A stretch of 64,000 nt of DNA from Octopus vulgaris (taxonomy: Eukaryota): assembly GCA_951406725.2 (NCBI GenBank), contig OX597814.1, positions 5,084,001 to 5,148,000 of the forward strand. Direction: 5' to 3'. The translations under genes were made by a program, and so were the position numbers. Shown one piece after another: positions 52,638 through 64,000 of this stretch; the first letter of the stretch is position 1, and every line of letters starts with the position of its first letter. The notes below the pieces were generated by a model. The model searched no databases, was not told the origin of the DNA, and worked only from the letters and a program-made list of their open reading frames with translations.

Positions 52638-53739
52638 TTGTTTTTGGTTTTTGTCGTGCTTGAGCAAAATCACAGTCGTGGAAGATAGTGGTGTCACGCA
52701 AATGGCACTTATGCTGGTGGCACGTAAAAGCACTCTCGGAGTGGTTGGCATTAGGAAGGGCATCCAGCTGTAGAAATCATGCCAAACCAGACTGGAGTCT
52801 TCCAACTTACCAGCCCTGCTCAAACCATTCAACCCATGCCAGCATGGACAACGGACGTTAAATGATGATGATGATGACGTCATACAGGAGTCACATTCTT
52901 CTCTTGGAAATGAGATTCAAAGTGGCATAGGCAGCAAGTGTGAAGTCCTAAAAAGACTTGGAGATGTGGCTGGTACAGTTGTGAACTCATTGGAGTGTTT
53001 GGTGCCGCCAATATCTGTGCAGGAGACCAAAGGTTCAGGTCTTTCAGTCCCTCTATTGTTGTGACACTTGGATCCAAAAGTTATCGCCACATTTGTTAGA
53101 TTTCTATTTTCATAAAGTAATGTCAGCAGTTATTAAATCAGTTAAATATCCCGTGATCCGTTTCCTCATCAATTTCAGTTCCTATTGCCTATCCGTTCTT
53201 CGTTGAATGTTTTGTAGCAAACTCTAGTGAACTTCCTCTCTCTATTATATAACAGACTTACAAACGTAGCAGGTAACAGCTAACCTTTGGTGCTCTTTTG
53301 GACCTCATTCTGTCTACCTCTCTGATTGGTTGATATTGGTGCAATTTGTCTCTTACTCCATTGCGCACCGATATGCAATCCAACCAATTGCAGCCTTCAA
53401 ATAAGTCATGTGAGATAGTCTGTTCCAAACAAGCATTTGAGCCTACTCGACAGCTTTAAAAGCCCACCTACTCCTAGTCTCAACATCATTTAGTTCCAGA
53501 CTGTCTAAGGTCTAACCACTGAACACATTGCGGCGACCTCCATCTTCGTCTCTCACCAACATCGCCAACAACATCTACACAGCACCAACACACTGCACTG
53601 GTTCTAGTACATCGCTGTTCGTGATCTTCTCACCAGGGTTAACAGCTAACATACAACCCACGCAGATGTATGTACACACATGAACAAATGTACGTCAACC
53701 ATTCCCATTCAGCTCGTGTGTGTATATATATATATAATA

Positions 53740-54190
53740 ATGTTCGTCCTTCGGGTTCGAAGATGACCATTGACATCATTTGGTGGAATTGCTGCTATGA
53801 GACCGGAGGTGGCTGGTGAGGCCAATCCGGGCAAGAAAGCCCCTCCCACAGGTGGGGCAGAAGTGGGTAGGGGCTGTGCTATTGGTGCAGGTGGCTCTGG
53901 CTTTCCGCATCTGGCGTTTCTGTTCTGCTGACTGAATCCGTCTCTCCTCGGCTGTCTTTGCTCCTGTGGTGATTGCGCTGCGCCAGGATGAGCGGTCGGC
54001 AACAAGTGTCTCCCAAGTCTCTGTGCCGATGGAGAAGTCTTTGAGAGAGACTTTGAGACTGTCCTTGAAGCGCTTCTTCTGCCCTCCGACTTTACGTTTG
54101 CCCTGGCTGAGTTCACCGTAGAAGAGCTGTTTTGGAATGCGAGTGTCGGACATGCGGGAGATGTGGCCTGCCCATCTCAGCTGTGTCCAC
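53740..54190 (-). mobile_element. RTE (BovB-like) LINE 3' end with C2H2 zinc finger, frame intact
   Basis: QLRWAGHISRMSDTRIPKQLFYGEL...KRFKDSLK...CPTCGRGFLARIGLTSHLRSH. Confidence 0.92.
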
Positions 54191-54876
54191 AATAAACGTA
54201 TTTAAAGTTACCACCTTGTGGTTTATATATTGTTTACCAGGTTCCTACCGAACCACACAACAGCCTTCTGAGCAGAGTCAGATTAGATGGAATACAACCC
54301 ATTCAACTAAAGTGGTGACCCCCGACGTGATGTGGACACTAACCATCTAAAATGGTGTATCGTGGGGGAGGTCGCCCTACTGGCACCATATCCTCACTCA
54401 TTGAACCACGACACAGGACAACAAACTGTCCATAAAACAACACAGACGACTTTCGAAAATTTCTTTTACATTTTACAGACTTGCAAATGTGTGTGTGTGT
54501 GTGTGTGTATTAACATCCATTTATTCCGTGTGACTGTCCATCTTATTCTTCCAAAAATTCCTTCTACTGGAATGCTCTGCCATTTCCTCATCCAACATCC
54601 TCCATAGGCATTATAATCCCAACCGCTCTTCAGCAGTCTCTCTTCTCCAATGCCAAATCCATTTTCCTTGCCTCTATTTTAGAGCAGTTGACGAGGGGAT
54701 GGGGAGAGGGATGGGAACAAAGACAATGATGATGATGAGGATGATGATAAAGGCAAATGGAGATGATGAGGAGGTGGATGGAAATGATGGTGGCAAGGGG
54801 GGAATGAGGAGGAGGAGGGTGATGGTGATGAGGATGCCATGTCAGTGCTATAAGAATATGAAATGGTAGCACTCAC

Positions 54877-54945
54877 CTTGCAGTACAGTCAATGGCGACA
54901 TTTTCATATATGTGGGGTCACTTGACAGTTGTTCATCAAAAGGAG
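54877..54945 (-). CDS. ANKRD26: 69-nt symmetric (phase 1-1) exon of the ANKRD26-like protein
   Basis: CTCATTGCAG acceptor and strong AAG|GTGAGT donor. Translates (P)PFDEQLSSDPTYMKMSPLTVLQ(G), open and in phase with both neighbours. Confidence 0.75.
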
Positions 54946-55149
54946 CTGCAATGAGACATTTTGCTCTAATTAATGTAATTACTGTAATTATAATAAACAT
55001 AGAAAAAGCCTTTGAACTACTAATTTACATAATTTATTCAAATGTCAGAATGTTAGGAAGATTAACAGAGAGTCTTTGTGTGTGACAAACGTGTGGATAG
55101 AACGGGCACTAAAAATGCGCAGACTCCCCCAAATGCTCAGGGGGGAGGG

Positions 55150-55770
55150 GGTCATTAGATGTAGTAGATAGCCTCTGTTACCTAGGAGACCAACTTAACG
55201 GTGGGGAAGGGAGTTCTGAAGGTGTAATTGCAAGGATAAAAACGGGCTGGGCTAAATTCAGAGAGCTTCTACCTTTGTTCGTAACTAAGAGCCTCTCCCC
55301 CAGGGTGAGAGGCAGATTATATAATGCCTGTGTACATACAGCTATGCTATGTGGCAGTGATACATGTAGCATAGCTACATGTCTCACTGACTACAGAGGA
55401 CTTGCAAAGAGGACTACAGGGAACTTGCGAAGGCTTGAAAGGAATGAAGCCAGGATGCTCTGCTGGGTGGGTGATGCCAGTGTGCATGTATGATAGGGTG
55501 TAAATAGTTTAAGAGGAAAACTGGGTAGAAGAGGCATCAGATGTTGTGGTGCAAGAGAGAAGACTGCGCTGGTCTGGCTATATGATGTGTATGGGTGAGG
55601 ACAGTTGGGTAAAGAAGTGCTGAGTTCTAAATGTGGAGTGAACCTGTGGAAAGGGTAGACTCAGGAAGACATGGGATGAGGTGGTGAGAAAGGATCTTTG
55701 GATGCTGGGCCTCACTGAGGAAATGACAAGGGACTGGGAGATGTGGTGATTTGTTCTACTTCATAAAATG
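55150..55770 (+). mobile_element. Degenerate RTE LINE, same family as 25945-26525
   Basis: LDVVDSLCYLG...GWAKFRELLPLF...RGRLYNACV...RRLERNEARML. Confidence 0.85.
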
Positions 55771-56470
55771 GGTCAAGTTAAGTGAAATTGCCATCTTCCA
55801 CACACACAGGCTTGTTCTTTCAGGTGCCGGTGCCACTTCAACGGCACCTGTGCCACCAGTGTTGCATTAACGCACCCATGCTGCTGCTATGTACTCTGTG
55901 AAGAGGCTGGTGTTAGGAAAGGCATCCAGCCATAGAAACCATGCCTCAACAGACAGATGGAGTCTGGACAGCCGGCCCCTGTTGGCTAGCTCCATGCCAA
56001 GCTGTCCAACCCATGCCAGCAGGAAAAAAACAGACGTTAAATGATGTTTTTCTGTAATTAATTGTAAATATTAATTAATATAATTAATTCTCTTCTAAAT
56101 CAGATGTTGACAGATTGAAGTGTGACAGAGACACAGAAACAGGTGTGTTGGTGCAGAGAAGGAGGAGGGATCTTGTTGGCCCAGAAGGGAAAGGGGAAAA
56201 GATGGTGGAGATGAGGTGTTGGGGGAAGGTGGGAGGCATATCTGCAAGGAACAAGAAGAAGATGGATAACGAGAGAAAAGGGACAGAGAATGAAGAATGG
56301 CTGGACAGTTAGACAGGTTTGAGCATATGAAAGGCATGAGAGGAGGGGGTCGAAATGGGGATAGAAGGAAATGCAGTGAATTGAGAAAGGGGACACACGG
56401 TCGATGGTGAACGTCAGTTTATGGAGGGATGGGCAGTGAAAAGAGGAACATTGTCGAAATAAATTCTTAC

Positions 56471-56652
56471 GGGCTTCCAGATGTCTTTTAATGCTTCGAT
56501 GCATCTCTTCTTTGAGTTTGCCATAGACATCGTTGTATTCCTGGTTCACTTGACCCACTTCACTTGGGGTAGAATTCATGCTGGCATTTCTTGCGTGAAA
56601 CTTTGATGAAGAATTCAGAATGGAACTGTTGAGATCAAGGGGAGACTTCTCC
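56471..56652 (-). CDS. ANKRD26: Exon of the ANKRD26-like protein
   Basis: TATTTCAG acceptor and GTAAGA donor. 182 nt, phase 2 to 1, compatible with the previous exon. Translates EKSPLDLNSS...DVYGKLKEEMHRSIKRHLEA, cf. ANKRD26 'YLSKMQQELEKNITRELKEA'. Confidence 0.82.
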
Positions 56653-56908
56653 CTGAAATAAACAAGGTGGACGTACACAAATCACACAAAACAAGGAATA
56701 CATTAGCTTGTATTCGTAATAGACATAACCTTGTTAACTATTAATGAAGATGTTAACATATTCAGAGGACTAATTAATTCTTGCAGTTCATTCAATTACA
56801 ACATTTTAGGTTATTTTTTTCATGGGAAGATAGATACAACAAAGTGAATGTGTGAGTATGTGTGTGTGTGTGTGTGTGTGTGTTGCATGTGTAACTACAA
56901 TTAATCAG

Positions 56909-57292
56909 TGGAGGTGCAATGGCCCAGTGGTTAGGGCAGCGGACTCGTGGTCATAGGATCGCGGTTTCGATTCCCAGACCAGGCGTTGTGAGTGTTTATT
57001 GAGCGAAAACACCTAAAGCTCCACGAGGCTCCGGCAGGGGATGGTGGTGATCCCTGCTGTACTCTTTCACCACAACTTTCTCTCACTCTTACTTCCTGTT
57101 TCTGTTGTACCTGTATTTCAAAGGGCCGGCCTTATCACTCTCTGTGTCACGCTGAATATCCCCGAGAACTACGTTAAGGGTACATGTGTCTGTGGAGTGC
57201 TCAGCCACTTACACGTTAATTTCATGAGCAGGCTGTTCCATTGATTCGGATCAACCGGAACCCTCGTCATCGTAACCGACGGAGTGCTTCCC
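56909..57292 (+). mobile_element. tRNA-derived SINE family C, tail type 1 (second copy 15752-16130)
   Basis: Head GGAGGTGCAATGGCCCAGTGGTTAGGGCAGCGGACTCG...GGTTTCGATTCCC; the two copies are near-identical. Confidence 0.88.
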
Positions 57293-57764
57293 CACAATTA
57301 ATCAATGTTATATACCTTTAGTGTTTGCTTGGCACCTAAAAGATTCTCTTGCAGCAGGGGACAGGCAGACTGTCATCAAAGAAATCGTAAACCCTTGCCT
57401 AAACATAAATGGTTTCCGTGATAAATGTTGACCCCATTTATTTTGGGGGAAAAGATTGTGTTGATGACACAGTGCCCGAAACCCTTCATTGGTTAAATCC
57501 CCTTTTCAACCCCTTCAACTATTTACATGGCCAATGTGTTTGTCTCCTACACTTCTGTGGCTTGATTCTATGTACAGTTAACTTTTACTAGTAGGACCCA
57601 TGAATATTTGACGGGATTAATAGTAAACCTATTGAGTTATTCCTGAAAACTTTATCCAGAAAATCTGAAAGCAGAGCCTGTGTAGTGTCTGTATCAGAAG
57701 ATAGTCTCTCATCTGTTATTCAGTGAAAAGTGAAGGAAATTGGAGTCCAATGATTACTTAATGC

Positions 57765-57895
57765 ACTTTATATACAGTTTATATATACAGTTTATATATA
57801 CAGTTTATATATACAGTTTATATATACAGTTTATATATACAATTTATATATACAGTTTATATACACAGTTTATATATACAGTTTATATACAATTT
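57765..57895. repeat. 13-bp minisatellite (TTTATATATACAG)n, ~10 copies
   Basis: Direct inspection. Confidence 0.92.
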
Positions 57896-58199
57896 ATGCA
57901 CAGGTCTCTAGATTTAAAACACAGCAATCATAAAATAAATATTCACTCTTACTTTTCCATTTTCCCCATAAACAGAAAAAATTACATTTTAAAATTTGCA
58001 TGGCCACAATTTCATATCTAAAAAACAAAACTTTTATAGTAAAAAAAAAAATTATTTTATATGTTAAACATAGGGGTCACAATTTCACGGGGGTAAAAAC
58101 TGAATGCAACATGGCATACTCTGAAAACCAGATTGTTGGTAACTTTCAAGCCAAGGCGATGGGTCAGAACCAATACACATTTCAATTTGCGTACATCTT

Positions 58200-58420
58200 T
58201 CAATCTAATATTTCTTTGCAGATTATGTTCTTCATATAAGTTCTCCCTCCTGTCAATGTTGGTAACTTTTTTGCGACCCTTTGAGAATGCAACATATAGC
58301 TGACCATGGCCAAATACAGGTTCAGCCAAGAACAGCCCCACTTCACCAAATGTCGGCCCTTGTGATTTATTGTACCCTGAATTCATCACTATACTTATTG
58401 CCAGCCGTCACCTTAATGAC
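58200..58420 (-). mobile_element. Helitron-type PIF1 helicase C-terminal relic
   Basis: NKSQGPTF..VGLFLAEPVFGHGQLYVAFS matches PIF1 motifs V and VI. Confidence 0.8.
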
Positions 58421-58730
58421 AGCATCCATGTATAAGGCTTGTACAGCTCATGCCAACCACTCCTACTCCTAGTTTCTGTATTGCCCACCAGATAAGGGAT
58501 CAGGGGACCCTGCCAAAGGCTTTCTCCATGTCAACAAAGACCAAGTGCAGACGTTTATCTTTGACCATGTTTTTCACCTGTAATTGCCTCACCACCAAGA
58601 TAGCATCAGAAGTGCTTCTTCCAGGTACAAAACCAAACTATACCTTATATCAGCTAATTAATTCCTAATTAACTCCTAATTAATTGAGCTATGACCCAAC
58701 CCTTTCTGTAACTTTCATCCCTTGCTCTAG
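58420..58730 (-). mobile_element. Degenerate non-LTR RT fragment
   Basis: Minus strand shows FGFVPGRST and VFVDMEKAF(G)RV motifs. Confidence 0.7.
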
Positions 58731-59274
58731 CAATTATGTCTGTCTCAGGTATCACTTTTACCTTTGTAGCAACATCATTAACACCCATTTTCCATGCTGG
58801 CATGGATGGATTGACAGGGAACTGGCCAGCTGGAACACTGCATTAGACACCAATGTCATCTTTGGCATGGTTTCCACAGCTGGATGCTCTTCCGAACACC
58901 AACCACTTAACTGAGTGTACTGAGTGCTTTACTTGCAGCACTGAGTTCATCATCATCATCGTTTAACGTCCTTTTCCGCGCTAGCACGGGTTGGACGGTT
59001 CGACCAGGGTCTGGGAAGCCAGGGGCTGCACCAGGCTCCAGTCTGATCTGGCAGAGTTTCTACAGCTGGATGCCCTTCCTAACGCCAACCACTCCGCAAG
59101 TGTAGTGGGTGCTTTTTACGTGCCACCTGCACAGGTGCCAGAGGGGTCCAGCATCGGCCACGATTGGTTGGAGCTTTTAACGTGTCACCGGCACGGAAGC
59201 CAGCCAAGGCGGCGCTGGCAACGGCCACGTTCGGATGGTGCTTTTTATGTGCCACCAGCACTTGATTATAATAT

Positions 59275-59485
59275 TGCGGCAAGCTGGCAAAAACTTTAGC
59301 ACGCCGGGCGAAATGCTTAGCGGTATTTCGTCTGTCGTTACGTCCTGAGTTCAAATTCCACCGAGGTCGACTTTGCCTTTCATCCTCTCGGGGTCGATAA
59401 ATAAAGTACCAGTTATGCACTGGGGTCGATGTAATCGACTTAATCCGTTTGTCTGTCCTTGTTTGTCCCCTTGTGAGTAGTAAAG
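59275..59485 (+). mobile_element. SINE family D (tRNA-like head + Meta/Sauria-like central domain). Decayed copies at ~6330-6480-, 11190-11330+, 13520-13700-, 49630-49830-, 60500-60700+
   Basis: B box GAGTTCAAATTCC followed by GCCTTTCATCCTCTCGGGGTCGATAAATAAAGTACCAG. Confidence 0.75.
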
Positions 59486-59637
59486 AAATATATAATATTG
59501 CTACACCAGTTGTTGAGTATGAGTCCCTCATGGATGATGCAATTAACTAAAGGGGTGACCAGGCCATCTCCCACTTCACCTGATGTGTGTGTGTGTGTGT
59601 GTATGTTAGTGAGTAGAACAAAAAATCTTTGACTTAC

Positions 59638-59825
59638 GGGATCCTATAGTTTAACGAAGCAAACCTCCAGAGTGGATCATATCCGCCATAAAAGATCGGT
59701 TGAGCACCTTGGTAACGGCTTAATTCCTTCAAGTAGAGTTCTCGGAAATGTAATGCTTCTTGCTCTTGCAGACTTTTCGTAGATAAAGCATTCTCATAGT
59801 TGAGTCGCATCTGATGCAATTCACT
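59638..59825 (-). CDS. ANKRD26: Exon of an ANKRD26/CCDC144-like coiled-coil protein (C-terminal DUF3496-like region)
   Basis: Minus-strand TTTATTTCAG acceptor and GTAAGT donor. 188 nt, phase 0 to 2. Translates SELHQMRLNYENALSTKSLQEQEALHFRELYLKELSRYQGAQPIFYGGYDPLWRFASLNYRI(P), cf. ANKRD26 'SELSKIK...ELEKYKQLYLEEL'. Confidence 0.8.
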
Positions 59826-59966
59826 CTGAAATAAATCATTAATTTATGAGGAATAATGTCCAATGGTGCTGACAACTCCAGCAGTTGGCACTGAACCATT
59901 TCATATAAGAATATAATATCTTAATATTTTGTTGTGTCTGGGGAGAGTCATTGTTTTAATGCCTTA

Positions 59967-60440
59967 TTAACCCTTTCGTTACTGCATTTATTTTGAGATG
60001 CTCTGGGTTTCTTTCAATTACTTTAAATATAACAAAGAATTTAGTAAAATAACTTCGTCATCATTAAGCTAGTGTTAGGAACATAAATTGTGACTAAGGT
60101 TTGGTGGGAGATTTTAATTCAAAACTTATGAAAACAAGACATTTGTACTCAGAGCCAGAGGTGGTTTCAACCAGGTTGGTATCAAAAGGGTTAAGAATTG
60201 TTTCTCTATCATATATTTTAACCCTTCTATTATAATATTTCTGTTGAGATGCTCTGGGTTTCTTTCAATTACTTTAAATATAACAAAAAATTTAGTAAAA
60301 TAACTTCGTTATCATTCAGCTAGTGTTAGGAACATAAATTGTGACTAAGGTTTGGTGGAAGATTTTCATTCAAAATTTATGAAAACAAGTAAATTGTACT
60401 ACAGAGTCAGTTTCAGCTGGGTTGGTAATGAAAGGGTTAA
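59967..60440. mobile_element. Two tandem piggyBac-like MITEs (59967-60194, 60218-60440)
   Basis: Each is bounded by TTAACCCTT...AAGGGTTAA and the bodies are near-identical. Confidence 0.88.
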
Positions 60441-61103
60441 TTAATTAAACCACTCACTGGTTCAATTTCCACTCATTTACTTATTTGGGCTTTTGTTCCA
60501 TATACAAGCCTGCCAGAACTGTTCGCTGGACAAGATACGTTGTAGCATTTTGTCCTTCTTAACGTTCAAATTTTTTGAAGTTGACTTTGCATTTCAGGGT
60601 CTTTCAGGGTCTTTCAAATCCATTCCAGCTGAGCCCTGGGGATGATGGAATCGACTTTGCCCCTCCCTCGAAATTGTGCCCACAGCAGGAAGGAATATTT
60701 GTTCAATATAAGTTTGATATTTTTTAATATTGAGGATCTGTGCTCATCTGGTTTTTAAACTTTGGGTTATAGAGATGCATGCGTGTGTGTGTGTGTGTGT
60801 GTGTGAGTGTGCATGTAATTATCTCTTCCTTGTTTCAGTCATTCAATTACAGCCATGCTGGAGCACTGCCTCAAAGATTCTTAGTTGAGCCAATCAGCCC
60901 CAGGACTTATTTTTTGTTGTTTTTTTTTAAAATCCTGGTACTCATTCTATCAGTCTCTTTCGCTGAACTGTTGGCATCGTTTAATGTCTGTTTTCCATGC
61001 TGGGATGGGTTGGACGGTTCGATTGAGGACTGGCAAGCCAGCAGCTGCACCTGGCTCCAATATGACCTGGCAAGGCTTCTACAGCTGGATGCCCTTCCGA
61101 ACA

Positions 61104-61154
<51 letters not shown>

Positions 61155-61155
<1 letters not shown>

Positions 61156-61457
61156 CACCGTGACCGACCAGGCTATCAGATGTTGCTACACATCGCTGGT
61201 TACAATGCGCTTTGCATTGTTTTAGCCTTCAAATGACACCACCCCGCTGGCTAAGCGAGCAGGCCAACAGAAGAAAGAGTGAGAGAAAGTTGTGGCGAAA
61301 GAATACAGCAGGGATCACCACCACCCCCTGGCGGAGCCTCATGGAGCTTTAGGTGTTTTCGCTCAATAAACACTCACAACGCCCGGTCTGAGAATCGAAA
61401 CCGCGATCCTACGACCGCGAGTCCGCTGCCCTAACCACTAGACCATTGCGCCTCCAC
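61155..61457 (-). mobile_element. tRNA-derived SINE family C, tail type 2 (other copies 3766-4045-, 47558-47848+)
   Basis: Same head as 56909 but a different 3' half ending GATAGCCTGGTCGGTCACGGTGATA. Confidence 0.88.
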
Positions 61458-61476
61458 ATATATATATATATGTATG

Positions 61477-61514
<38 letters not shown>

Positions 61515-61633
61515 TATACATATAGTTGTATATGTCCTTTGAAAACAAGGTGCACTGGATATCAATTAAGTGCTCTGATATGAGAAATGTCTAAAACCTT
61601 AAAAAGATATTTAGAGATTCAATGAGAATGATC

Positions 61634-62675
61634 ATATATTAGAGAGTAAAAAGTTGGAAAAGTTATATCTTAAAAATCACAATTGACATAATTCCATAAT
61701 ATAAGCAAAATTGTATTAATGAATAAATAAATAAAGTACAGCTATGATCGTTAAAAATTCCTTTTTTTTTTTTAATGTTTTAAAAGTCCTTACGATCGTT
61801 TCATGAATATACCACCTCTCAGAATGAAATCTAAAGTTGATAAGCATCGTTAGGAAGTATATGATTAATAATGATATCTCCTGGTTTTGTCTCAATAAAT
61901 ATAAAAGCCACAATTAATCGCTTTTATTCTCTTACATTTATGGATTACACAAGCAGGAGGAAATGGATCATGGGAATTCTATAGCTACGTCCCCGTGCCG
62001 GTGGCACGTAATAGCACCATCCGTTCGTGTCCGTTGCCAGCCTTGCCTGGCCCCCGTGCCGGTGGCACGTAAAAGCACCATCCGCTCGCGTCCGTTGCCA
62101 GCCTCGCCTGGCACCTGTGCGGGTGGCACGTAAAAAGCACCCACTACACTCTTGGAGTGGTTGGCGTTAGGAAGGGCATCCAGCCGTAGAAACACTGCCA
62201 GATCTGACTGGGCCTGATGCAGCCTTCCGGCTTCACAGACCCCAGTTGAACTGTCCAACCCATGCCAGCATGGAAAACGGACGCTAAATGATGATGATGA
62301 TGATGATGACAAAGCAATTGCAGATTCTTACCATGCATTCTAACCACGGATTTATTTTACTTTTTCAAAATTTCTATCTCAAATTTACATCCACACACAG
62401 ACTTATACCAGTAATCTCAGATGGCAACTCCCTGTTCGATTTCCTTCACTCTGATGAGTGGACAGACTTCTTCCCAACAATGCTTATCAACTTTAGACTT
62501 CATTCTGAGAGGTAACCTATTCATGAAATGATCGTAAGAACTTTTTAAACATGTTAATGATCACAGCTGTACTTTATTTATTAATTAATACAATTTTGCT
62601 TATAATATGGATTTACCTCTCTATTGTGATTTTTAAGATATGTAATATTGCCAACTTTTTACTCTCTAAAATATA
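61634..62675. repeat. Diverged ~220 bp inverted repeat pair (61634-61858 / 62466-62675) enclosing a SINE
   Basis: CCTCTCAGAATGAAATCTAAAGTTGATAAGCAT versus ATGCTTATCAACTTTAGACTTCATTCTGAGAGG, and further blocks. Confidence 0.8.
61990..62309 (+). mobile_element. SINE-like family A with internal ~50-60 bp tandem units and an RTE-like (GAT)n tail. About 20 copies, e.g. 1-300-, 1730-1995+, 2770-2978-, 4465-4690-, 11963-12190+, 12590-12845+, 16863-17255-, 22600-22930-, 23955-24183+, 33940-34335+, 50780-51065-, 52700-52878+, 58948-59262-
   Basis: Conserved GAGTGGTTGGCGTTAGGAAGGGCATCCAGCTGTAGAAAC...CCAACCCATGCCAGCATGGAAAACGGACGTTAAATGATGATG; source of the recurring 'LQLDALPNANH' pseudo-ORFs. Confidence 0.88.
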
Positions 62676-63199
62676 TATATATAATAAATTAATAAATAAA
62701 ACATATGCATATATACATACATATATGTACGTACCTACCTCTACATGTATATATACTATATATACACGCACATATGAGTACAGGACACAAAAAAAAACGT
62801 CGAACACAATGAGAAACGAAAACATAAACACAAAACCAAGGAACTGGACATTTTTCTTAACGAAAAAATATAGTACAGGACAAATAACACAAGGAAAATT
62901 ACCCTTCTTCAGTCACCATGGTTTCATCTACTCTGCGTTTCGAAGGTGAAGGCAATACACATCTTCCATAGAAACTTTCCCTCCCGCGAAAATCAAATTA
63001 AATAAAATTTAAGATCTTTTTGCGGAGGGGTAAAAATGGTAACAAAAACAGGACAGTAACGACAGTACAAAATATAAACAGTAAAAGACAGGACACGGAG
63101 AATAACAGTAACACAAACAAGAAGGGCTGTTAAGCCGAACAAGATAAAGTCACATATATGTATGTATATATATATATATATATATATATCTAAGTAACA

Positions 63200-63798
63200 T
63201 AGGCGATCAGAAAACGGAGGGAAAATAACAAATAGAAGTGTATCTTTAGTGGTAAAAAGCCATTATCTAATTAGTTAAGCAAGGTGAGGGTAACAGTGAG
63301 TTTAGAGCTGTTACTGTGTACCATAGTTGAGGTAAATCAGAACGAAGAAGGCAGAGACAGACAAAGAGGAGAATAACACGAAAGACAGAGGGAGAAATCG
63401 GAAAAGCAAATGTTAAGCAGACACATGGAAGTCATGCTAATAACTAACTACGAGACTTCACATTCCACCATCCTCTATTCTTCAACTACATCACAATGGA
63501 TTTAATGAACTTTGAACACAACTAAAATGTAAGACTTTCGATTCATTGATCGTTTTCTTTTCTGACTTCTTCTTCTATTTTTCGCTCTATTCTCCTCTTT
63601 GTCTATCGCAACCTTCTTCGTTCTGATGACGTCTACCATTTGCAAAGTTGGTAAATACAAATTTACCTCAACTATGGTACACAGTAACAGCTGTAAACTC
63701 CCTCTTACCTTCATCTTCCTTAACTAATTAAATAATGGCTTTTTACCACCAAAGATAAACTTCTATTTGTTGTCTTTCCTCCATTTTCTAATCGTCTA
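63200..63798. repeat. Diverged inverted repeat pair (~63200-63410 / ~63545-63798), Penelope pLTR-like
   Basis: GCTGTTACTGTGTACCATAGTTGAGGTAAAT versus ATTTACCTCAACTATGGTACACAGTAACAGC. The right arm has an extra CTGATGA + hairpin segment. Confidence 0.8.
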
Positions 63799-64000
63799 TA
63801 TATACATTAAACTACGGTTTACCTTTTTAAATCACCTGCTGCCGTATACCTTATACCAAGGACCATACTTACGGAGGTAATTACCAGGAGTGCCTCTGGA
63901 TACTTCAATCACTTAGAAGGCTTAACACCTCTAACTTATACCATGTATATATATATATGTATAAAAAGGTTGAATTAGATTCGTCCTTTAATTTGGAGGT

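Noticed and set aside
52140-52883. 247-aa ORF
   Set aside because: Chance fusion of a SINE and a CR1 3' fragment.
56100-56678. 192-aa ORF as a single gene
   Set aside because: Only 56652-56471 is exon; the rest reads into an intronic decayed repeat.

Overview
Repeat-rich eukaryotic genomic DNA. It is most consistent with an octopus/coleoid cephalopod, inferred from its tRNA-derived SINE families, RTE/CR1/Penelope/Dong LINE relics and abundant (TA)n/(CA)n/(TACA)n microsatellites. Nearly all ORFs in the supplied track are repeat artefacts. Reading splice sites reveals the 3' ends of two convergent spliced genes. (1) A plus-strand gene with exons 29610-29707 and 36736-36861 encodes the C-terminal half of a Tks/p47phox-type PX domain that stops about 30 residues after the domain, with no SH3 exons visible. 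It is followed by about 7 kb of transposon-poor sequence, probably a long 3'UTR. (2) A minus-strand gene with four phase-compatible exons (59825-59638, 56652-56471, 54945-54877, 51583-51483) encodes an ANKRD26/CCDC144-like coiled-coil C-terminus. The repeats include at least six minimal hammerhead-ribozyme-like motifs in Penelope-type terminal repeats, TTAA-flanked piggyBac-like MITEs, a Helitron helicase relic and many long inverted repeats or hairpins that are potential dsRNA/ADAR substrates. Family assignments come from recalled motifs, not database searches; repeat boundaries are approximate.
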